Shown: positions 52,707 to 62,800 of the stretch, in pieces | Position numbering within the stretch: position 1 is the stretch's first letter | How the letters are laid out: every line of letters begins with the position of its first letter | DNA from: Candidatus Omnitrophota bacterium | GTDB lineage: Bacteria; Omnitrophota; Omnitrophia; Omnitrophales; Aquincolibacteriaceae | Length of the DNA stretch: 64,000 nt | Reading direction: 5' to 3' | Assembly: GCA_043732705.1 (NCBI GenBank) | Contig: JAYTHE010000029.1 | Span: forward strand, 70,445-134,444 | Position numbers and translations under genes: made by a program | The notes under the pieces: model-generated | Databases searched by the model: none | The model's input: the letters and a program-made list of their open reading frames with translations, nothing else | Told to the model about the DNA's origin: nothing

Positions 52707-53072
52707 ATGAAAAATTCACCCGTTCTTAAACTTTTAGCTCTTTTGCTCGCCTTTGGCATGGCTTTATCAGGCTGCAGCACAACCAAGGTCGCCAAGGATT
52801 GGAATGGCGTTTCATCCCCGGATGGTAAGCCACTTGCTCATGTCAGCACATCCAATATGGCGATCCATTTGTTGCTGGGGAAAAATCCGGCCTGGGGCAA
52901 TGCAAGTCTTGAACAAACCGTTTCAGACTTCACAGCCGCTGCCAAAGCTCAGGGCGCGTCCAAAGTGCGCATTGTTCAATCGAACAGCACTTCATGGTGG
53001 TTCATATTCTTCCCGTTCTCCTTGCTTGTTACTCCTGTAACCAGCAATGTAGCCGGAGACGCGATCGCCTAA
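52707..53072 (+). CDS. putative lipoprotein
   Basis: LLAFGMALSGCSTT lipobox; GAGGGAGA SD. Confidence 0.55.
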   Translation: MKNSPVLKLLALLLAFGMALSGCSTTKVAKDWNGVSSPDGKPLAHVSTSNMAIHLLLGKNPAWGNASLEQTVSDFTAAAKAQGASKVRIVQSNSTSWWFIFFPFSLLVTPVTSNVAGDAIA

Positions 53073-53089
53073 GCGGTTTCTTTTCGCAA

Positions 53090-53128
53090 ATAAAAAACGC
53101 GGGGTCAGAAATGACCTCGCGTTTTTCT
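53090..53128. terminator. bidirectional intrinsic terminator between convergent lipoprotein gene and nuoI
   Basis: A6-ACGCGGGGTCA-GAAA-TGACCTCGCGT-T5. Confidence 0.65.
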
Positions 53129-53153
53129 TTTACGGTATTGAAAGAATAAAATT

Positions 53154-53224
53154 AACCGTTTGCGGTCAGGTGTAATCCAGAGCAAAAGCTACGGTTGCGC
53201 GAAGCGCAGAGTAAAAAGATGCGG
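53154..53224. repeat. PE x2 (variant + canonical) downstream of nuoI
   Basis: tttgcggtcaggtgtaatccagagcaaaagc ; tacggttgcgcgaagcgcagagtaaaaagatgcgg. Confidence 0.7.
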
Positions 53225-53824
53225 TTACTGCGAGAGAACTTTTTGGAGATCGCGCTTCGCGACAACTTGCGCATAAAGCGGATTGGGATTAAGCAGCTCA
53301 ACAATATCGAGTTTCATACCTTCGCGCGTATAAGACGCCATATCAAGAATCTGCGTATCCATGCGAATCGCGTCTTCGGGACAAGCCTCAACACAAAATC
53401 CGCAAAAAACACATTTTCCAAGATCAATATCAAAACTCTTGGGACGTTTTTCAATATTTACGTCGGGATGTTCCTCCGCCACAATCGTGATGCACTTTGC
53501 GGGACAAACTGTTTCACACATCATGCACGCCACACAGCGCGGTGAATTATCCACGCGTTTGGTTAAACGATGCCGTGTGCGTAATCGCGAAGGTGGCTTG
53601 CGTCGCTCTTCGGGGTACATGATGGTTACACCCGCGCGAATTAATTTAAAAAGCCCAATCGCATGCATCGTGTGAAAAAAAAGATTTTTCCAGAAATGCC
53701 CGCCGGTAATCCATACGCCGCGGATGATTTCAGGAACATAAATCTGCTGCCAGAAGTTGAGTACAGGCCGGTCAACGACCTTGGTTTTTATCGTCATAGG
53801 GATTGGAATTGTAGCACAACTCAC
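53225..53824 (-). CDS. nuoI: NADH-quinone oxidoreductase subunit I (2x[4Fe-4S] ferredoxin)
   Basis: CVACMMCETVCP and CVFCGFCVEACP motifs; GTG start at 53824 or ATG at 53797. Confidence 0.85.
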   Translation of the reverse strand: MSCATIPIPMTIKTKVVDRPVLNFWQQIYVPEIIRGVWITGGHFWKNLFFHTMHAIGLFKLIRAGVTIMYPEERRKPPSRLRTRHRLTKRVDNSPRCVACMMCETVCPAKCITIVAEEHPDVNIEKRPKSFDIDLGKCVFCGFCVEACPEDAIRMDTQILDMASYTREGMKLDIVELLNPNPLYAQVVAKRDLQKVLSQ

Positions 53825-53832
53825 GCTTGGCG

Positions 53833-56800
53833 TTAAGCAGCAGAAAGCGTTAATTGGACGCCAAAGATTTGGGCTGCCAGGGCATCCAAGCCCACACTGT
53901 GAAACAGTTTGGCAATACCTTGGTCCGTGAGAATTCGATAGTCACCCATTTGCCGTAGTAAAGTAACCGTCTCAGAAGAATCATCCTGGCTCATCAAAGC
54001 TGAACGACGCGCATATTTTCCATGCGTTTGTGCGGCTAAGTCTTGCGGACTGACAAAGACCAGGCCTTGTCCCTTGAACCCTTTCGCCTCGATTAAATTT
54101 TTGAATTCCAGCCGTTGCTGTTCGTTTTCAGCATAAATCGCAAACAGTTTATCGCCCAATACTCGTTTATCTTGTAAGAATCCCTTTTGATGCACAAGTG
54201 CAGGACTTAAAACAACCAAATCCGCCGGTGATTTCATAATTTTATCCATAACAGTCGGCAACACCGGAGCACCAAAATATTGCCCATAAAACCTACTAAA
54301 CTCGGAACGCGTCATAGTATTAACAAATGACACTGAAAAAATATTCCTAGCCATTCTGGTGACTTCAATCTGAGATTGCGGCGAAACTATCAGTTCTTTT
54401 GTCCGCATTTCCGAGCGTAGCACTTTATCGGCAGCAACTGCGTTGTCTGGCAAATTCCACCTATAAATTAGTTCACGAATAAGAATACGATTGACCATTG
54501 ACTGCCTTGAAAATTCACGCTGCTGGCCTGGGTTTTTGACTTGTCTCATCAAAGTGAGCGACAACTCTCTGCTGAATGGATTAACAACGTGGTGCACAAG
54601 ACCCATTGCACCATCTTCACTCATTCTATTAAGAACCTCTTCGAGAGATATTCCTCGAAGATCTTGCATTGTTTTCAGCAAAGTCTGAACCTCTTGATCA
54701 TTCAAAAGCTCCGTATTTTTCATGCCATGAAAACGATCCGCCAATGTTTTTTCATCGTCGGAGCCATAAATCCATTGATCTCGAGCCACCAACGAATCTA
54801 AATATTTAGAAAAATTAAACTCCGTTTTTCTTTTTTCTTTTGCATCCCAAGCAAAAAATGATTTTGTTGTAAATGTTGTGTCTCGAGAAGCCGCTTTTAA
54901 GCGTGCCAAAACTAAAGAGAAACTTTGATCTTCGCTGTTTCTCAAAACCTCTTGCGATTCGGAGCGTGGAACGGTCACAGCTGGCGCAGTTTTTATTTCA
55001 AGTGGTTCAATAAAGCCGGTTTGCAAGCTATCACCACTTGGTATCACATGAACTAAAAATCCTTTGCGGGCTCCATCGCTAGCTAGATTTTCTTTCAACT
55101 GCATTTTTAAATTGCCTTTCACACCACTTTTTAGTTTGATTTCTACTGCCTCCTGGTCAACGCTATTGATTTTGATACGAACCAATTTCAAAATCTTTCC
55201 GGTATGGCTCAAATCTTTCCTTTGATCACGCTCAAGCTCTGCTGTAAAAGAAACTTCGAAGCGCGCAGCTTGGGTCCGCACTCCCGGGATAATTCCAAAT
55301 TGATAAATGCCGCTAACCTTAACACGTTTTCCAGGACGAAATAGTCCGCGGCTCGCTACTTGATTATGTAACTCTTCATCACGCGAATTATCGGGGCGCA
55401 AAGTCATAACAACACCAAATCTGTCCGGCGGTTCGCCTCTCGGTCCTTCTCCGTCCCGCGCTTCTGAACGGACACGCTTTGCAATAGCTCTTTTTATTTT
55501 TCCGAATAAAACTTTCCCATCTGGCGATGCAAGATAATGCAAGGTATGCGAATATTCTCCGGGATGTTTCCAAATATCAGTCTCAAAAAAATTAACGGAC
55601 ACGAGGTGAAACTCTTCGATTTCGTTAAGATTGTAATTTTCTTTTATTTTTTTCAACTCGGCATCAGAAACAAAATATAAATACGCCGTTGTAAACTCGC
55701 GATTGACCCCGTCTTCAAGATCATATTCACGATATATACCATTTTGTTTAGTAAGCGGAATGAACCGGTCTGAGTCAATACGAATACCCACTTCCTCTTC
55801 CGCTTCGCGGCCTGCGGCCGCAATCGGCAATTCGCCGAAATCAACATGGCCGTTCACCGAAACCTGCCATTTCCCCTTGGACGAAGCTTTATTCTGACTG
55901 CGTTTTTGAAACAACAATCTTCCTTTTGAGTCTACAAAATAAATATGTGCCGACATGTGATAAAAACCCTTTTTATGCGCCTCGTCTTTCTTTGCTTTGC
56001 GCCCGGAAAGAATATTGCCATGCTTGTCAGTTAAAGCCACCCCTTCAACGGCTTCGCTTGACTCCACCCCCATTTTTCCGCCCTTTAAAATTAAAACATC
56101 CTGCCGCATTTCGGAGCGCGGTGCTGCAAGCCCTTGGCTCGTGAAACCTTCCTGTCTTACGCTCTTTTCTGGTCTCACCTCAGACGGAGGAAGAATGAGA
56201 TCCGCGGGTTCTGCTTGCCGCAATAAATCAAATTGCTGCAGCGCATCCATCAACCCTTGAAATAAACTTTCTTCCTTTTTTTCTTCGGCGCTTAACGCTT
56301 CCATTTGCTGCCGAAAAGCACGGATTTTTTCTTCGACCTGGCGCTGTGCTTCTAAATCGGCTTTGTAGTCTTCATAATCGGCGCGGCCATGCAGATTTTC
56401 GATCATTCGGTTTTGATAATAATCCCGCTGCCATTGCAACTCAGACAGAGAGCCTTCTTTTGGGGCCGCTTGCCTTGCTTGAGTAGATTTTTCTGATTCA
56501 GTCATGTGTTTACGTACCGCTGCCTTTAATGCTTCTTGCCTTTGGTTTGTGAAATTAATATGAAACGGCCCACGAAGAGCTAGGTGACGGACCAAATCTA
56601 AATATTCAACTGTTTCATCCGACAAAGACCGCAGCCAATCTGCGATTCGTTTAAGTCTGGGCAAAGTGTCTTGCAGGAGAGGTTCAAACGAGTCAACCGG
56701 AAAAAATCCACGATTCATATAAGGTGTGGCAAAAAGCGTTGGCTGTCCGACCTTATTTAAAGCAAAGAATACGCCCCGCCCAAACTCGTCTTCTTTCCAC

Positions 56801-59800
56801 AGAGGTACATGGCTGCGAAGCCATTGCGCCGTGTTACGAATCGAAAAATAATTTTTTTTCAACCAACTATTAAGTAATTCAAACTCATGCTGATAAATGT
56901 CAGCCGCTAAAAATTCAAACCATACCGCTCGTCCTCCTTTAAATTGAAACGCATGGTTGTTTGAGCGATGCGCAGAGAAAACAACTTCCCATAAAGGCAT
57001 CAAACAAGCTTGCAGCAGCTGCCCGTCTGCCAATAATCCTTTTGCGGCAATTTGGAACGCAGTCATCGCGGGATTCGCCGTAAGAGCAGCGAATGCCCCT
57101 ATTAAATTTTGCATAAAAATTCGCCGCGTTTGGGAACGATCTAAATAATCTGCCGTGTGCAAAAACAAATCCTCCGCTAGCATCGGAATGCTTTCCACGA
57201 AACGCTGCGGCGACACAATTCGCCGCGCAGGTTCGTTTGCATTCTCGGCCTTTATTTTTTCAAAAACGGGCTGCCAATACGCAAACGCAAAGGGCTGTTT
57301 TGAAAGAAACTCTGAAAATTCTTCCGCAAGAGCGTCCTTCACTTCAAGCTTGGGCATTTTGAAACGCAGCCATTTCACTAAAAACTTGTTTTCTTCCCTT
57401 TGAATTTTTTCATGAATAAACCTTTCCGCGAGCTTAAGCAATGCCTGTTTATTCCCGACATCATCTCCCCCAACAATCAGCTCATTACGCATTTCGGAGC
57501 GTGCCATTTCCCGGTAAAGCGCAAAATGCTTTTCGGCATTCGCTTGCTGCGAAAAACTTTGAACTGCAAAAGCGCGCCCCGCTTTCCCCATAGCTCTGCG
57601 TTTTTCCGGATGATCCGCCAAATCCAAAATTGCTTCGGCCATCGCTTCTCTATCGCCTTGCTTCACAAAAACTCCCGCATCCGGGCTCAACGCTTGATCA
57701 ACGCCTTCGGCCTCATAGCTCACAACCGGAACTTCCATCGCTCCCGCCTCGATCGCCATCAATCCCAAAGATTCATAGCGCGTCGGAAACACGACTAAAT
57801 CGCTTGCGCGATAACCTTCGCGCACTACCGTTGGCGATCCCGCCGGCAGTATTTGAAAACAATCTTCTAAGTTTTCTCTTCTGATCCCTACAGCAACCGC
57901 GAGATTAATCTCACGGTTTTCATCTTGAGGCCCCATCAATACAAACTGGAATTTAAAATCAGGCCGCTTCTCCCTCAAAATTCTGGCGACTTCAATCAAT
58001 TCTGGCTGGTTTTTTTGTTTGCTGAACCGTGCAGGATAGAAAATCATGAATCGGTCTTTTTTATCGCCCAACATCTTTTCTCTGGCTTTCGCGCGATCTA
58101 CTTTTGCCGGATCTTCAAAATCAGTATCAATGCTGGCTTTGATTAAACGGGTCCTTGAGTCCCGCAATCGCGGAAGAGCAACGGTCGTATACCCGACCAA
58201 AACAGGCACAAGCCATGGCGCGGCCAAATTAAAAATCAAACGGATAACCCATTTAAGCGGCCAAAACCAACGCGCTTTGCCGGCATATAATCGATAAGGC
58301 ATATGATTGGTCGTCACAACCGGGATGCGCTTAATCCCAAAAAGCGCAAAATCAAAAGGCGAGTTCATTTGATGTGAATGAATCACATCGACAGGCTCAG
58401 ATCGCGCAATCTCAGAAACAACCGCGCGGATTTTTTTCATCCATCGAAAATCTCCCAATGGAGTATTGGGATAAGATTCAAAATCAGAAATCGGATGAAA
58501 AATCAATGTCCCTTGACCGTGTTTGAGTTCACCCCCTACTGTGTTGGCTTTTTCGGCGCGGTAAACAATATGAATGCGCACGGGATAACGCCGCGTCAGC
58601 TCTTCGTTAAGGCGGTGCACATAAGTCATCATGCCACCTTTGCGTAAAATTTCCCAATCCATGACCTGAACAATTGTCAGTTCGCGAACGGACGAACCTG
58701 CTCTCCGCATTTCGGAGCGGGCGTCCCATTTTTTTCGAAATTCAATCCATGGCTGAAACTGATTGAATTCAAAATGATCGGGAGCGGCGTCCACCCCGCT
58801 TGCTAAGCTCTGAACGGCAGCAATATCACGCCGGTTGGAATGTCCCGAATCCGCGTCCATTGTCCCTTCGATTAAATCAATAATCGCTTTAAAGCTTAAA
58901 TTTGAATTATCCAAATCAATCCAAAACTCGGTTTTGTAATTTGTCATTTCATCGCTCTGATTACCAACTTGAATCCCACGGCGACCATAACGATCGATTA
59001 GTATTCTTTGTTGTTCGGTGGGCAGTCCTGATGAACGGTAATAACTTTCAACTTCTACTTTCGGCTTAATTACATAACTAAACTCATATGCTGAGGGACC
59101 AAAACCGGTCACAATTTCATCGGTATTCAATAGTAGGTTTAACTCCCTAAAAAAATCTTTAACTGCTCCTTCGGTGATCCGTGATTCGGAACGACGATCA
59201 GAAGCTTTTTGATATTTCCAGCGAATTGCATGATCACGCGACACATTGATTAATTTACCTTCCGGCCGGCCTTGTGTATTAAGCAATTTCACCGGAATCA
59301 TTTCCGGCCCGCCGGCTGTGTCTTCTGAAACTTCCAGAACGATGAGTGCATCCACAGTGCCAATAATGATGCGGTCACCCATTTTAAAATCAGTATCAGC
59401 CTCTATATTATAAACGGGGCTATCAGACAAAAATCCATACCGTGATCGTTTAGTAAGAAAACTTATCTTTTCAATTTGGGCCGATGAGCTGTAATCCGCA
59501 TTGCTTTTTTGAGCGCGCGTATCACGATGCAAAAAAAGCAATCGATGCTCAGCGACTGACTTACGGCCTTGGCGCTGATAGGGATTTTCAAGATACCACT
59601 TCGCTAATTTTCTCTGCGGTTCAAGGCTCAGATTTTGAGCCGCCCAAGCAAGCGCGTTATCACGCGCCTTGCGGTCCGCGGGAGAAAACATCTGACCCAA
59701 ATAAATTGCCTCTAAAAGAATTTCAATATACGCAACTGACCAATGATTGTTACGTTTCGCATTTTTCCAAACCTCATCTTTCAGCGGCTTCAATTCATCA

Positions 59801-62800
59801 AAAAGGAATTGAATCGCCTTTTTCCCGCCTGCAAAAGACTGCATCAATGTCCAAGCCCACTTGTCTTCATAATAATCTTCAAGACTTACTACTTTAGACG
59901 GAATAGAAAATTCTAAAATCGCATCCGCGAACGAAAGCGCCTGTTGCGAGATTTGAAACGCAGGACTCATTGCTATTCCGGAGGTAAGATTTGAAGTAAT
60001 CGCTGACAACAAAGCCGTGCGGTCTTTTTTTAAAAATATTTTTTCAAATTTTCTGATGTTTGCTGCCTGTTCAGGAAAAGTTTTTTTAACTCGTTCTATA
60101 TAAGCCCAGTCAACATCACGCATTTCGGAACGACTCACCACACCAGATCTCGGATCTAACGAAACAGATCCGGGATCTGGGGGGGCCAACCGCATTTCGG
60201 AGCGGTCGTTTTGTTTTTTGGAAAGTGATTTGATTTCGTTCCATCGCGGCGGTCGGTTAATAAGGTTCGCAGCAATTGCGGCGAGTCCGTACCCTATAAA
60301 ATCTTTGGGGTCATAAGTCGTCCAAATAAATGCGCTTGGTAGCTGCACATATTTAGTCATTAACTCTTCGAGAGCAAACACAAGCGGAACTCCAACATTC
60401 GAAAGCAATAAGGCTGTCCGCAAATCGGCAAGCCATCCTTTATAAACGAAAATAATTGCGGTCACGCCATACCCAAACAAACTGCACGAAAGAGGGAACA
60501 ATAAATCCGGCAGCCAATCGAGCCATGTCCAATAATTTTCTTTCCCGATCGTTTGGGATCGAAGAACAAGAAGCATCTGATCCCACATTAAAAACGCTCC
60601 GCCGAAGCCCAACATCTTGATTGCATGGCTCAACTGGGTCGAAAAAAGCGCGCGACTCACCGAACTAGATCCCGGATCTAACGGAACAGATCCGGGATCT
60701 GGGGGGGCCAACCGCATTTCGGAACGGGTCCTTTGTTCTTTAAAAAGAGCTTTGATTTCGTTCCATCGCGGTGGCCGGTTAATAAGGTTCGCGGCAATTG
60801 CGGCGAGTCCGTACCCTATAAAATCTTTGGGGTCATAAGCTGTTCCAAGACCCCATTCCGGAACAGGCACCCACTTCGTCACGAGTTCTTCGATCGCAAA
60901 GGCAACTGGAACTCCAATGTTCGTAAGCAATAAGATAGCCCGTAAATCAGCGACCCATCCTTTAAATAAGGCAAAAATGGCTCCCCCGCTATATCCAATT
61001 AAGCTACAACTAAGAGGCACAAATAAATCTGGCAACCAATCAAGCCATGTCCAATAGTTTTCTCTCCCTATCGTTTGGCGCCGTAGCAAGCAAAGCGCTT
61101 CATCGAACACAAAAATGAGCCCACCCCACGTCATCATCCGAATGGCATGTTTAAGTTGCGCAATCGAAAGAGAGCGAATATCTTTGGCTTCTCCTTTGCT
61201 CGGTTTTTTACGCGATTCGGAACGAACGAAGCCGGGTGATGTGATTGAATCTAACCCTCTTATTTCTGATCGGAACTGATAAGCCGTAATGAGCTGCTGC
61301 ATCTGTTCGCCGGGACTTAGTTGTCCGGCCAGTATATTTAAAAATTGTCTTTCGCTTGCATGAAGTTTGTTCAACTCCGCATAAGCCTTTTGCGCCCATT
61401 CCTCGACTGTCCCCGGACTCTCCGCTAAATGAATCTCTCTTAGGGCAGCCTCCGCTCTTATAACCGCATCAATTTGTTTCAATGCGTACGCATGCGAAAA
61501 TTCGGACTCAGAGTGTCCAATCGCGGCCCCTTCGTCTTGTAGCAAATGGAGAATCGCGCGGACCACTGGTAACCTTGCCCATCCGTCCAGGATCTCTTGG
61601 ATGCCGGAAGCGTACACATACCATCGGATGTCACTTTCTGACCAATCCGCACTGCCGGTCCAATCTTTAAACCACTGCCTTAGAAGGTCGTAGCCGTCGG
61701 GGTTGATTTTAAAACCCAGTCCATATTCTGACTGGGTCTCCGGAAAATCAGTTTCGGCTTCGGCAGGTAATTTACTGCGATAGAGCGCGACAGCATCCAA
61801 TATTTTTTTCCGCAATTTTAAATCACCAAGCGCCTCCTCGGCTTTTCGTTTCTGGAGATCTTTTTTAACTTCAGCCGCATACAGTTTTCTATCTTGTTCG
61901 ACCTGCCTGACGTTTACGCAAATACTCACAACAATTCCGGTTTCAGCATGAAGGTAATAGATGCGCCCACCATCTTTTGAAAGCGCGATTTTTTTCCAAA
62001 TATGTCCGTTCGTTTTAAATATTTTTGCGCGCTCCAGACTTTTCACAACCCATAAATTGCCAAAAGATTGGGGCATGTTTTTCGATTGGTTTTGTATTGA
62101 TCCGGAAATAAATTCCCCTTCCTTTATAAACTCACCGGTATCATCCGCTTTGATTTTTAATTCCTGTAATTTTCCTGAAAAAACAGGCGTCTGGACCGTG
62201 GGCAAATAACCAATATAAGTGATTTGCATCATCCCAATACCGGCCGGCCACAAACCATATTTTTGCCCCGCGGCCGCTTGATGCTGAGTTAACGCCGCTA
62301 AAAGCTGCGGGCTAACAAGAGCGGGCGAGGCCGAATTTTCCAATTTCCAATCACGCATTTGCGGTAAAAAGTGATACAGCCGATCCGAGTTTTGGCCTTG
62401 CATGTAAAGATGCACAAGCAAAGTGCGATAAACCAACAAGTCTTGTGCGGATAATTGGTTTAAATCATGCGGATGCCAGCCTGTCGGGTACATGGCATAC
62501 AAAGCAAAGATTTTGGGATCGGTCCGAGTCCAGGTTAAATCATTTGATTGAACGGCAAATCGAAGACGTTTATAGCCTGAAAGATCGGGCCGGCCCGCAT
62601 AAGACTGCATTTCATTTAAAATGGCCAAAACTTGCTTTCTTTTGGGTTCATCCAACTTTTCAAAAAGGTCAATTCCAAACAAGCCTATTTTTAATCTCTT
62701 CAGAATTTCTACGGAATCAAAATGAGTTTGATTATTAAATATGGTTTGCAACTCATGGGCGCGCTCTTCCGGATAAGCCGTGACATACTGCCGCACTTCA

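Noticed and set aside
53361-53675. Plus-strand 104-aa ORF
   Set aside because: Antisense to nuoI, which has unambiguous double 4Fe-4S motifs.
54403-61223. RSEMR-encoding motif as intein or self-splicing boundaries
   Set aside because: No intein splicing blocks (C/S...HN) or homing endonuclease motifs flank the sites; treated as linker/repeat motif of unknown function.
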